DNA of 64,000 bases from Octopus sinensis (GCF_006345805.1 NC_042999.1:19406001-19470000); one strand, 5' to 3'. Shown: positions 48,515-61,240, numbered from the stretch's first letter. Numbers and translations: made by a program. Notes: generated by a model not told the origin, from the sequence alone.

Positions 48515-48902
48515 ATTCTCTTTTACTCTTTTACTTGTTTCATTCATTTGACTGTGGCCATGCTGGTGCACCACATTTAGTTGAGCAAATCAACCCCAGG
48601 ACTCATTCTTTGTAAGTCTGGTACTTATACTATCAGTCGCTTTTTGCTGAACCGCTAAGTTACGGGGACATAAACATACCAGCATCAGTTGTCAAGCGAT
48701 GTTGGAGACAACACAGACACACAAACACACACATATATATATACATATACATATATATGATGGGCTTCTTTCAGTTTCTATTTACCAAATCCACTCAAAA
48801 GACTTTAGTAGAAGACACTTGCCCAAGTTGTCCCACATTCGGACTGAACCCGGAACCATGTGGTTGGTAAGCAAGCTACTTACCACACAGCCACTCCTGT
48901 GC
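48515..48902 (-). mobile_element. SINE family B
   Basis: Homology to the other B copies. Confidence 0.85.
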
Positions 48903-49581
48903 CTTTATTTTTTTTTCATTACCTTCCCCTTTAAGACAGTAATCAAAATAAGTATCATTAACTCTTCCTATCCTTTTTTCTTCAAACTATCGCCCCAGCT
49001 CCATCAGGCACTCCCCCTTCTTTAACCACGGCAGACCTTACCCTTTAGTGTAGCCAAAGCTGGATATAAGGTTCCAGTACTTAAATAATCTGGTAGGTTG
49101 TCACAATATTAACTAATTTAATACAGCTACACCTACCAAAAGATTTGAAGACTATGTTTTTCCTTTTATCTTCGAAGTGTAAGTAGCTAAGTCTCTACTC
49201 TCAATTATTCCTGCCTACCCCCACTATAACCTCTAGGAACCTTTAAATTCTAGTAGAATTGACACTACATTGGTTATTTTTCTAAACTCATTCTACCAAA
49301 TATTTAACAGCAGAATCAATATAAATATTTGAGCTTTGTTGGTGATGCAAATATGTTAAAGCAGTTGGTTTGTCCTTTGTGTGTAAAATCTATGCAATCA
49401 TCTGATAAAAACGGTTTCTTTGTAATGATGTAATGTTTTCATTAATCAATTAAATGAATCACTTGAAATGGCTACAATGAATTGACACCTGTACATCTTT
49501 CTTACTCACATGTGAACGCATGTGTATCGTTGGCGATTTTTTTCCTCCGTCTTCCCTTCCTTGGATCTTTCCTTTTCCTAT

Positions 49582-49617
49582 GTTTCTGACGAAGAGCTCT
49601 GCTCGAACCATTAAAAC
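49582..49617 (+). ncRNA. Degenerate type I hammerhead motif in PLE-like remnant P6 (about 49520-49725, ending in (TA)n)
   Basis: GUUU-CUGACGA-A-GAGC-UCU-GCUC-GAAC-CAUU-AAAAC; the GAAA and helix III positions are mutated. Confidence 0.55.
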
Positions 49618-49745
49618 CTCCTTCTTTCTTTCCTTTCCTGAACGTCCAATAACACTATATTTGTTCCACGTCCTCGTGTTGTTGTGTTTTCTCTTTGTGC
49701 TTTCATGTTTGTATTAACTTTATGTGTATATATATATATATATAT

Positions 49746-49777
<32 letters not shown>

Positions 49778-49781
49778 ATAG

Positions 49782-50762
49782 GTCTCACCAAGGAAATGAC
49801 CAGTGACCGAGACCTTTGGAGGTATGCTGTGCATGAGAAAACCCGGTGAGAACAGTCAAAATCGAGATCAAACCAAATTGAGGTCGATCAACATCAGGGC
49901 CCCCGTGCAGGTGACACGTAAAAGTACCATCCGTTCGTAGCCGTTTGCCAGCCCTGTCTGGCCCCCGTGTAGGTGGCACGTAAAAGCACCATCCGTTCGT
50001 GTTCATTGCCAGCCTGGCCTGGCCCTCGTGCCGGTGACACGTAAAAGCACCATCCGTTTGTGGCTGTTTGCCAGCTCTGTCTGGCCCCCGTGCCGGTGAC
50101 ACATAGAAGCACCATCCGTTCGTGGCCGTTTGCCAGCTCTGTCTGGCCCCCGTGCCGGTGACACGTAAAAGCACCGTCGGTTCGTGTCCGTTTGCCAGCC
50201 CTGTCTGGCCCCCATGTCGGTGACATGTAAAAGCACCATCCGTTCGTGTCCGTTGCCAGCCTCGCCTGGCCCCGTGCCGTGACACGTAAAAGCACCATCC
50301 ATTCGTGGCCGTTTGCCAGCCCTGTCTGGCAACCGTGTCGGTGGCATGTAAAAGCACCATCCGTTCGTGCCCGTTTCCAGCCTCGCCTGGCCCCGTGCCG
50401 GTGACACGTAAAAGCACCATCCGTTTCGTGGCCGTTTGCCAGCTCTGTCTGCCCCCGTGTTGGTGGCACGTAAAAGCACCATCCGTTCGTGTCCGTTGCC
50501 AGACTCGCCTGGCCCCGTGCCGGTGACACGTAAAAGCACCATCCGTTCATGGCCGTTTGCCAGCTCTGTCTGGCACCTGTGCAGGTGGCACGTAAATAGC
50601 ACCCACTACACTCACGGAGTGGTTGGCGTTAGGAAGGGCATCCAGCCGTAGAAACACTGCCAGATCTGACTGGGCCTGATGAAGCCTTCCAGCTTCACAG
50701 ACCCCAGTTGAACCGTCCAACCCATGCTAGCATGGAGAACAGACACTAAATGATGATGATGA
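49782..50762 (+). mobile_element. RTE 3' fragment: last RT codons, 12-unit 3' UTR array and terminal domain
   Basis: GLTKEMTSDRDLWRYAVHEKTR*; about 59-62 bp units at 49905-50600; (GAT)n tail. Confidence 0.9.
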
Positions 50763-51429
50763 TATATATATATGTATGTATGTATATTTAAAATATAATA
50801 TGTATTATGCATTATTTTACACATGAAAATATGGCCATTTGTGTAGGTGTAATATTAAGAAATATGAGGTGCAAATGTCTTGCGTCAAGAATTTTTGCTA
50901 AATATTGTTGGTGTTCATAGGAATATTCTGACATATTGACTTCCTACAAGAATCAACTTGTTAATTATAATTCCTCTCTAATCATCATTATTTCAACATC
51001 TGCAATTTATGTTTGTTTGTTTGTTTGTTTGTTTTTTTCACCCCCTTTTATTGAGTAGAAAATGTTTGTTGTACAACACATTGTAACCTGTTACAGTACT
51101 TTGTTATTCTTTGTAATTTTAGGCTGTAAATGAGCAACATTGCTCCGCTCTGCAAAGAATGTCCTTGCACTATTCATCATTTTCCCGGTAGCAGGAAGGA
51201 TCCCCCGATGTTAAGAAAAGAGGAAAAAAAAAAAACTTTCTAATTTTTTTTTACTTTATTTATTAGAGACCAGTGGAATGAATAGTTATCAAAGGACCCT
51301 TTGATCATGAAGTTTCGTCCCTTAAGGTCCAACTCTATCTGATCTGACAAAGTATATTCAAAGGCAACCTAGCATTTTCTTTCAGCTTGACATTCCACTA
51401 CAGAATTTTCCTCCTTTCCTCCCTCCCTT

Positions 51430-51595
51430 TCTCCCTCTCTCTGTATGTATGTACATAAATATGTATATATATACATATATATATATATAGAGAGAGAGAG
51501 AGAAACATATATACATATACACATATATATACATATATATACATACATACATATATATATACATATGTATATATATAATATATATATATATATAA

Positions 51596-51653
<58 letters not shown>

Positions 51654-51694
51654 TACATATGTAAATATATATACATATATATACATATATATAC

Positions 51695-51731
<37 letters not shown>

Positions 51732-51810
51732 CATACATACACACACACACATATATATATACATATATATATCTATATATATATATATATATATATGCAT
51801 ATATATACAT

Positions 51811-51841
<31 letters not shown>

Positions 51842-51975
51842 TATATATACATACAGATATGCATATATATATACATATATATACACATACACACATACAG
51901 ACATATATACACATATATACATACATATACACACACACGAACACACATGAACACACACACGAACACACACACTCA
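51430..51975. repeat. (TA)n/(TACA)n microsatellite
   Basis: Direct inspection. Confidence 0.95.
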
Positions 51976-52964
51976 CGTTCTATATGCAGCACTTTTTTTT
52001 ATTCATTTTCTTACCTATCATGCTGTCCACAATAGGAGGAAGGATATACATTCATAAATCTTCATTCAAGAGACTCACACGCACCTTATCTCCATGACAT
52101 TCAACATCATAGCAGAATACTAACGCGTTTGATAACTTGGATTCAACTATTTTTTTAACCTTCAAGCTGCCTTGTTTTTTTTTGTGCACTTTACTGTCAA
52201 AAAATTGGGGATTTTTTTTTGAGTTGAGAAAACCGAAATATTTTCTTCGTCTGAGGGAAATTTAAATAAAAAAAAGAATGTATTACAAAATTTTTTTTTT
52301 CTTTCTATAGAATTTTGATTCATGCTAAAATTTTAATTGCTTTCAATTTTTTCTTTGCTTTGATATTTTTTTAATTCCATAAAACCTTCCAACTCTTTTT
52401 CAGATGGAAAATAAAATAAAGCTTCAATCAGAATTCGTATTCCTTAGGGGAAAATAAACAAAATTTTATCAAAAGCATGTGAAACACATTTTACTGCTAA
52501 AGAGCCATATTAATCTTATCAAGAATCTATACTTTGATTTTTTCCAGCATCATCCTAATTGCCTATTTGACATCAATTTTCCTTTGCTAGTATCGGGTGG
52601 TCAACACTATAGCATGTTATATTTTAATTTTTTAGAATCCACTATGATGACTATTATCTCATACTGATTTCAAATTTTGGCACAAGGCCAGCAATTCTGT
52701 GGGAGAGAGTAAGTCAATTACGTCAAGCATAGCACTCAACTGGTACATACTTTAATGACCCCAGAAGGATGAAAGGCAAAGTTGACCTCAATGGAATTTG
52801 AACTCAGAACATAAAGACAGATGAAATACAACTAGTAATTTGGTGTGCTTACATTTCTGCCAGCTCGCTGCCTTCTGCAATTATTCATATTCAAGGGCCA
52901 TCATTTTAAGATCAAATCTCACCTGATTCTGTTTTGATCTTTCAGTGTCAGCATTACTGTCCTA

Positions 52965-53335
52965 TTATCATCATCAAAATTTAAGGTTCGTTTTCCATGC
53001 TAGCATGGGTTGAACGGTTCGACTGGGGTCTGGGAGGCCAGGAGGCTGCACAAGACTCCAGTCTGATCTGACAGTGTTTCTACAGCTGGATGCCCTTCCT
53101 AACGCCAACCACTCTATGAGTGTAGTGGGTGCTTTTTACGTTCCACCGGTACAGGTTCCAGGGAAGAGCTGACAACAACCACGATTGGTTGGTGCTTTTT
53201 ACATGCCACCGGCATGGAAGCCAGTCAAGGCGGCGCTGGCATTGGCAATGTATGGATGGTGCTTTTTACATGCCACCGGCACAGATATCACAACTACAAT
53301 TTCCATTTGATGTTTTAGAAATTGTAGATGTGATA
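52965..53335 (-). mobile_element. RTE 3' UTR fragment (diverged)
   Basis: Conserved terminal domain CCATGCTAGCATGG and GGAAGGGCATCCAGC. Confidence 0.8.
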
Positions 53336-53469
53336 CCCATGTTTATGGCTACTATTCATTTTCTATATACTGAATTTTGGGGATAAATTTAACAGTTTGC
53401 ATAAGCAGACAAAAAAAAACACACAATATTCCATACAAAAATAAAAGTATTCTTAAAAAATCAAAAATT

Positions 53470-53838
53470 ATTGACTAGATTATGGCTGGGGGATAAGAGT
53501 GTTCTCAGCTTCCACCACAATCTCCTGATGGCTTCAGGATATGGCACATGCATTCCTTGCTGTGTCCCAGGAATGATCTTGGAACACCTCTGTGATCTTG
53601 GCCACCAGCTCAGCTTTGGTGGTACAGGCAGAGATATTGGTGTCTTTTTCAAATGCAATCCATGTAGGAGTGGCTGTGTGGTAAGTAGCTTGCTTATCAA
53701 CCACATGGTTCTGGGTTCAGTCCCACTGCATGGCACATTGGGCAAGTGTCTTCTATTATAACCTCAGGCTGACCAAAGCCTTGTGAGTGGATTTGGTAGA
53801 CGGAAACTGAAAGAATCCCGTCGTATATATAAATATGT

Positions 53839-53878
<40 letters not shown>

Positions 53879-54500
53879 CTGTGTGTGTGTCTGTGTTTGT
53901 CCCCCCAGCATCGCTTGACAACCGATGCTGGTGTGTTTACATCCCTGTAACATTAGCGGTTTGGCAAAAGAGACTGATAGAATAAGTACTAGGCTAAGTC
54001 TTGTGGTCGATTTGCTTGAATACAGGTGGTGTTCCAGCATGGCCACAGTCAAATGACTGAAACAAGTAAAAGAGTAAAAGAGCGGTAACAAATGGAGGAT
54101 CGGGAGGCCAGAAATTTGGACTGGCATAGTTGTAGAAATTCTCCTGGTACCACTTACGAATCATTTCAGATGAATTCTGGTATCACTTTCTAGCAGCAAC
54201 CCTTTCCAGCCAGGTTTTAACTACAATTTACAGCAGCTTCACTTGGCTATCTGAATTGAGCCTAAGGCCTAGCTCAAAATTGTGAGAATATATTCCATCA
54301 TAGATACACAATCAGAGTGTGCCTGCTGTGTCACTTTCTGCTGACCACAGCTTCATAGTCTCTGTTGCAGCTGTTCACAGTGTTCGCATTTAACGGTTGT
54401 CAGAATGTCAGCATTTTGAAACGCAGTATGAGTCATCACGATACAGGCAACTCTTTTCCAATATTCAGACAGCTTCCAATCCTTCATGTCAGCTAACGTT
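53470..54500 (-). mobile_element. Decayed maT/DD37D-like Tc1/mariner transposase remnant, interrupted by SINE B
   Basis: Minus-strand peptides SEYWKRVACIVM, WLERVAA (54192-54212), SPNFWPP (54102-54122) and AFEKDTNISACTTKAELVAKITEVF. The catalytic spacing cannot be counted, so the subgroup call rests on recalled similarity. Confidence 0.6.
53664..54082 (+). mobile_element. SINE family B
   Basis: Homology to the other B copies. Confidence 0.9.
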
Positions 54501-54562
54501 TTCCTAACTACAACTTTAATCTTTATACTCTGCAATGTCATTGACTGTTCTCAAATATATCA

Positions 54563-55586
54563 AGCTGTCGGTGGCACATAAAAAACACCATCCGAGCGTG
54601 GCCGTCTGCCAGCCTCGTCTGGCACCTGTGTCGGTGTCACATAAAAAACACCATTCGAGCGTGACCGTCTGCCAGCCTCGTCTGGCACCTGTGTCGGTGG
54701 CACATAAAAAACACCATTCGAGCGTGACCGTCTGCCAGCCTCGTCTGGCACCTGTGTCGGTGGCACATAAAAAACACCATTCGAGCGTGACCGTCTGCCA
54801 GCCTTGTCTGGCACCTGTGTCGTTGGCACATAAAAAACACCATTTGAGCGTGACCGTCTTCCAGCCTCGTCTGGCACCTGTGTGGGTGGTGGCAAAAAAA
54901 AACACCATTCGAGCGTGACCGTCTGCCAGCCTCGTCTGGCACCTGTGTCGGTGGCACATAAAAAACACCATTCGAGCGTGACCGTCTGCCAGCCTCGTCT
55001 GGCCACCTGTGTCGGTGGCACATAAAAAACACCATTCGAGCGTGACCGTCTGCCAGCCTCGTCTGGCACTGTGTCGGTGGCACATAAAAAAAACCATTCG
55101 AGCGTGACCGTCTGCCAGCCTCGTCTGGCACCTGTGTCGGTGGCACATAAAAAAACACATTCGAGCGTGACCGTCTGCCAGCCTCGTCTGGCACCTGTGT
55201 CGGTGGCACATAAAAAACACCATTCGAGCGTGACCGTCTGCCAGCCTCGTCTGGCACCTGTGTCGTTGGCACATAAAAAACACCATTCGAGCGTGGCCGT
55301 CTGCCAGCCTCGTCTGGCACCTGTGTCGGTGGCACATAAAAAACACCATTCGAGCGTGACCGTCTGCCAGCCTCGTCTGGCACCTGTGTCGGTGGCACAT
55401 AAAATCACCCACTACACTCTCGGAGTGGTTGGCGTTAGGAAGGGCATCCAGCTGTAGAAACACTGCCAGATCTGACTGGCCTGGTGCAGCCTTCGGGCTT
55501 GCCAGACCCCAGTTGAACCGTCCAACCCATGCTAGCATGGAAAGCGGACGTTAAACGATGATGACGATGATGATGATGATGATGAT
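54563..55586 (+). mobile_element. RTE 3' fragment consisting of a homogeneous 63 bp x ~13 array plus the terminal domain
   Basis: Period 63 (CCGTCTGCC at 54602, 54665, ...); terminal domain is nearly identical to that at 38352-38520; (GAT)n tail. Confidence 0.9.
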
Positions 55587-55749
55587 TCCTCAAAACAAAG
55601 GAAACAAACTCTCTTCAAAGTTAAGCAGGATTCTTGGAATTTTGAACTAAACCATTTATTAAATCCACTAGGGTAAACTGTCATCATTTCTTTGTCCGTA
55701 CCAGAAATATTTTTCGATTAATTATTCTCTTATCTGTGGTGTCTCTTAT

Positions 55750-55963
55750 CCCTTTTGATATCAACCCACCTGAAACCGCCTCTGGTTCTATAGTTACAAA
55801 TGTCTCGTTTACAAACCTTCAGAATTAAAATCTTCCACCAAACCTTAGTCACAATTTATGTTCCTAACACTAGCTTAACAATAGCAAATTCTTTGTTATA
55901 TTTCGAATTAATTGAAAGAAACACAGAGCAACTCAAAAGAAATACGGTAAAAAAAAGAGTTAA
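55750..55963. mobile_element. Solo piggyBac-type MITE (type 1)
   Basis: Homologous to the 29.2-29.9 kb units; termini are degenerate. Confidence 0.75.
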
Positions 55964-55985
55964 ACCAGAGTATATTTTGTTTGAC

Positions 55986-56378
55986 AGGGTGACCTGCTGT
56001 GCTTGAGGAGACCTATTGAGTCAAGTACATCAACATCAAAATAAATATCAAATGGAAATTGTAGTTATGATACCTGTGCCGGCAGCACGTAAAAAGAACC
56101 ATCTGAACGTGGCCAATGCCAGCACTGCCTTGACTGGCTTCTGTGCCAGTAGCACGTAAAAAGCACCAACCGATCGTGGCCACTGGCAGCCTCCCCTGGC
56201 ACCTGTGCTGGTGGCACGTAAAAAACACCCACTACACTCACGGAGTAGTTGGTGTTAGGAAGGGCATCCAGCCGTAGAAGCACTGCCAGATCAGACTGGA
56301 ACCTGGTGTAGCCTCCTGGCTTCCCACACCCCAGTCAAACCGTCCAACCCATGCTAGCACGGAAATCGGACGTTAAAC
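55986..56378 (+). mobile_element. RTE 3' fragment with a 27 bp target-site duplication
   Basis: GTTAAACCAGAGTATATTTTGTTTGAC occurs at 55959-55985 and 56372-56398. Confidence 0.9.
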
Positions 56379-56887
56379 CAGAGTATATTTTGTTTGACTG
56401 AGCCAGGTATTGAACTCACACTCACTAGCTAAATCCTATGGATTTGATAACAGTTATAGTTATAGTTGTAGTTAAGAATTTGGACAAAATTGTTGTGCAT
56501 TACAGAAACTTGAAGAAAACCAGTGTTTATAATTATTATCACATCACGACTACAACAACTAAACCAAAGACACCAGAATGACAGACAGAACATAAGAGTA
56601 CATTATAATGGAAAGATATTGTTTCAAAAATTCAGACAAGATTTAACTCATTGATAATGATCTATTAAAAACTTTTCTTGAGTTGTAAATTCAGAAATGT
56701 TGATAATAAGCAAAATGTTGATTGAATCTGTCCGTAAATCTTGTTATTACATTAAAATAAGAAAAAAACTCATCACATAGTAAAATATGATATGATTCTC
56801 AGTTAAAGACACCCCCATACTGTTTTGTCATATATTTGTTTTGATTCTGCTTTTGTCATTTCCAGTTTGTTTCTGTAATGATATATA

Positions 56888-57545
56888 ATTACCTCCGCTT
56901 TAGCGAAGGTAGAGGTATTGTTTACAACCATGTTTGTTAGTTTGTTTGACTTTGGACAAGATATCTCAAGAACTGCTGGATAAATTCAGATGAAACTTTC
57001 AAAGATGTTTGGCCTCATGTCTGGCACGAACTGATTAGATTTTGGGATTGATCTGGTACTGGACAAGGATTCTGGATTATTTTTCCTGCTCTTTTACTTA
57101 ATTTTTGAGAGGGCTTGGGTTTAAATTTTCACATTTGCGTTTGTGAGAGCAATCGAGTTTATTTTAAATATCCTCATTTTAAAATTAATCTGTTGCTAAT
57201 CATTGAGAGGACGTTGGTGTTGCCCTGGTGGAGGTTTGCACTCTCTAAGTGCTCTTGTTTCAGATAATCTCATTTTTAAAATGATCTCTAATCGTTGAGA
57301 GGTCATTGGTGTTGCCTTGGTGGAGGTTTGCATTCTTTAAATGTTCTTGTTTCAAATTTCTTCATTTTAAGATTATTCTCTGGCTAATCGTTGAGAGGAT
57401 GTTGGTGTTGCCTTGATGAAGGTTTGTGCTCTCTAAGTGCTCTTGTATCAAATATTCTTATTTTAAAAATAATCTCTTACTAATCATTGAGAGGACACTG
57501 GTGTTGCCCTAGCAGAGGTTTGTGCTCTCTAAATGTTCTTGTTCT
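56888..57545 (+). mobile_element. Helentron-associated (HINE/DINE-1-like) non-autonomous element with its 3' end tandemly repeated four times
   Basis: 5' subterminal ACCTCCGC followed by inverted GAGGT; 3' GGTGGAGGT plus hairpin GCACT-CTCTA-AGTGC; T-rich ends; about 92-97 bp units at 57160-57545. Confidence 0.6.
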
Positions 57546-57929
57546 TTTTAATCTAAACACAAGGTTAGAAATTTTGAGGGGAGGTGGCAAGTCAATTACT
57601 TCAACACCAGTACTTGACTGGTACTTATTTCATTGACCCCCAAAAACATGAAAAGCAAATTAGAACTGAGAATAAGAAGCGGAGGCAAGAATACTGCTAA
57701 GCATTTTCTGCACCGTACTGACAATTCTGCCATCTTGCTGCCTGGTGGTGATATATAACGAAAACTATCAAATGTAATATTGTAGCTAGCCAAGTTAACT
57801 CTTTAGCATTTAAAGTAATCATAACCAGCTTGAATATTCAACCTGTTTTATGTTCAAACTGACAATATCCAGCCTCTCATATTTATCTAACGATATTATT
57901 TTAAAAATTTATAATTACATTGAATTTGT

Positions 57930-58029
57930 GGCATCTTGGGCAGGTATCTTCCTCTATAGCGTAAGGCCGACCAAAGCCTTGTGAGTGGATTTGGTAGATA
58001 GAAACTGAAAGAAGCTCGTCGTATATATG

Positions 58030-58090
<61 letters not shown>

Positions 58091-58295
58091 TTGTGTATCT
58101 GTGTTTGTCTCCCCCGCCAATATTGCTTGACAATCAATGCTGGTGTGTTTACGTCCCTGTAACCTAGTTCGGCAAAAGAGACCGATAGAATAAGTACTAG
58201 GCTTTCAAAGAATAAGTCCTGGGTATCGATTTGTTCAACTAAAGGCAGTGCTCCAGCATGGCCACAGTCAAATGACTGAAACAAGTAAAAGAGTA
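57930..58295 (+). mobile_element. SINE family B, 5' truncated
   Basis: Homology to the other B copies. Confidence 0.85.
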
Positions 58296-58609
58296 AATGA
58301 GCATAGGCTTAGAAAGGGTGGATGTTACACTTGAATCAGAGAATACTAATTTCACCAGAACTGAATGAGAAATATCAGGGTAATTGCATGTATGTGTTTT
58401 TAAGGGGTGTGACGAATATATTTGTGTGTATACACAAGGGAAAAAAGAAACAGAAAGACATTTTCTTTTGCCTCTGTCTTTATCGTTTTCAAAACACTAA
58501 TTATAAGTCAGTTATTTCCATTGATATTTCATCGTTATTATTTCTCCGATAATGTACATTCATTAGTTTCCATTCAATGACAGTGACTGTTCCGTACCAG
58601 GATGCATCT

Positions 58610-58821
58610 ATCAATATATCTACATACACACACACACAAACAAACACACACATGTATATATATATATACATATGCATACACACACACACATACTTATGTG
58701 CATGTATGCATGTATGTATGAATATGTTTATGGATATTTATGTATGTATCTCTCCCTCTTTCTCTCTCTTGCTCTCTCTCTATATATACATACATACACA
58801 CACAGATGCACACACACACAT

Positions 58822-58854
<33 letters not shown>

Positions 58855-59002
58855 CTTGGATAAATAAATAAATATATAAATATATCTATGTCTATCTGTA
58901 TGTGTATATGTGCATGTGTTTGTATGTATGTGTGTATGCATATATGTATACATGTGTGTGTATGTGTGTATGCATATGTGTGTGTAGATACAGATAGATA
59001 AT

Positions 59003-59062
<60 letters not shown>

Positions 59063-59110
59063 AATACATACATACATACATACATACATACATACATGCA
59101 TATGTGTGTG
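58610..59110. repeat. (CA)n/(GATA)n/(TACA)n microsatellites
   Basis: Direct inspection. Confidence 0.9.
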
Positions 59111-59559
59111 TATTTTTTTTTTCATTTCAGATTTAGTTTCTTGTTTTGTATCAACAACATACCAGAGGACGTAGTAGACAAAAATTGGGTTAATAACCTT
59201 TACTCTAGTAGAATTTATTAGACTATCTTAGTTCAGTGCAGTTATGCTGTACTATGATTGGTATATACATTTATTGAACTATTCAAAAACTTTTACATTT
59301 ATACATGTTAATAAAGTAGGATTAAAAGTCCAGGACTTTTCAACAGAAATCAGTATGAATTGAGTATTATCAATGCAAGGGGGTGTGGAGGTATATGGCT
59401 TAGTGGTTAAAGCAGCAGACTCATGGTTGAGGGGTCGTGGATTCGAATCTCAGGCTGGGTAATGTGTATGTATTTCTGATTTTTGCCTTCATGAATTTCC
59501 TCATTGTTATATTACCAATTTCTTTTGATGACAAACTATTTATTCTTTTTCCTTTGTTC

Positions 59560-60500
59560 TCACATTTTGTCATCTTTTTTCTACAGTTCATCTTTAAATG
59601 TCCTTGGTTTCCTCAGCAGAAACTTCCCACTTCCTTAAATGGACAATTTTTCCCTCAGGTGTATACCTCCACATGCAAAACATGGGTTTATATCCTGATG
59701 TTTGTCATATTTCTTTTAGAAAATACTTTATCCCTATTCAAACTATTTCACTCTTCCTTTACTTGGAAACAATCTTTACATTCAATTTCCTGTGTTGTGT
59801 CTTAATTTGACTATTCTTTCACATTCTTCTGACACTTGCTGTAGCGTTACACCCTAATTTTGTTCCAGCTTTGCAAAAATTCTAGTTCTAACTTCTGTGT
59901 CGTGTTCGTCAATAAGTTCCTGTGTAAAAATCAGGCATTTGAACATATCTGGCATTAATTCGTCCAGCTTAAACTTCTCATATTCCCTCTTTACTCTACC
60001 AGCACATGTGTTGTAGTCCATGTCGATGTTTCCCTCTATGTTCAGACACTTCCAACATGTATTGAATAATGAGCATTTTTCACTGAAAAGTTTATACAAT
60101 ATACCTACCGTGTCATTAAAGCTTATGTCATAAAGTTTTCTTCAGAGTACATAATTACTGTATCATTCATGTTCTGTTGTGCCAGTTTCGTCAAGATTAA
60201 GTACGTTTTTATCTCGTCCTAATCTTTACATTCTTTCTCGAAGATTTACTCATATCTTCTGTAGTATGCTTTGAAGGTAATTCCTTCATCAGGTTTCTAT
60301 TTGAATTCTATTATGGAGTCGCAACATAGTCTGTCAAGAACACTTTTTCTGAATTTCCTGATGACTTAATTAATTACAGCATTTGTTGGTGTAATATTAT
60401 TTGTTGTTGTTGGTGGTGTTGTTGTTGCTTCAGCTGTTGTTCTTGCAGTTGTAGATGCTGATACTGTTGTTCTTTCAACTACTGTTGTTGCTGTTTTTGC
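59560..60500 (-). pseudogene. Decayed Ty3/gypsy LTR-retrotransposon gag
   Basis: Gln-rich N-terminus; PDEGITFKAYYRRYE; LFSEKCSLFNTCWKCLN; MFKCLIF..EVRTRIFAKLEQN; two zinc-knuckle remnants (CFACGGIHLRENC and C..GNQGHLKMNC). No LTRs found. Confidence 0.75.
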
Positions 60501-61240
60501 AACTTGAACACACCTGCCAACATATTTTCAATAATTTTATGATTTTGTTCATAAAATTCACACAACAAAAATTTTTGTGACTTTAACTCCTCATGAGTTA
60601 ATTAATTCCCCATTGAGTTTATTAATTCTTCATGAGTTATTTAAATTATCATCGCCACTTTAAAATGTTGGATTTTTATAATGCCCACTTCGGTATACAG
60701 TATTCTTTTCTTTTATTCTTTTATTTGTTTCAGTCATTTGACTGTGGCCATGCTGGAGCACCGCCTTTAGTCGAGCAAATAGACCCCAGGACTTATTCTT
60801 TGTAAGCCATTGACAAAATATAACTTCTTGTGTTATGTTATGTAAGGGTCTAAAGGTCATGGAAAAGGCTATACTGAGTGACAAAAAAGATACTATTTGA
60901 TGCCATACACTTATATCATCTTGTACATCCTCATAACAAAGTCCATCTCCCAGCTGATATAGTCACGTCTCTGACCCATTCATGTGATGATATCAAAGGT
61001 TTCTGTATTACTATGTCTGGTTCTGATGCTATGAAATATCCTATGTTAAACAGAACTCACAGTTTTGATATAGCAGGTACGTAATTCAAGCAATGCAATG
61101 CAATCATTCTTAGGAATTCCTTGTGCTTGTTGTCAAAAGCTCTCTGGAAATTCGTAGGTTTGAGTACAAATGCCTGCGTAAATGTGCATCTCAGCAGAAC
61201 ATGGGGATTTGCCCATTACACAACTGTACACTTTCCACTA

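Noticed and set aside
51369-52035. Long YI/MC-rich ORFs here and at 62.7-63.4, 34.6-35.4 and 18.6-19.5 kb
   Set aside because: Translations of (TA)n/(TG)n microsatellites.
54563-55410. 63 bp array (and the 49.9 kb array) as a CRISPR array or repeat-protein gene (ORFs 54516-55538 and others)
   Set aside because: The units are contiguous with no unique spacers, there are no cas genes, and the array lies in an RTE 3' UTR. ORFs are open in several frames only because the unit length is a multiple of 3 and lacks stops.
60270-60305. GAAACCTGATGAAGG in the gag remnant as a hammerhead
   Set aside because: The motif order is wrong, and it encodes the gag peptide KPDEG.
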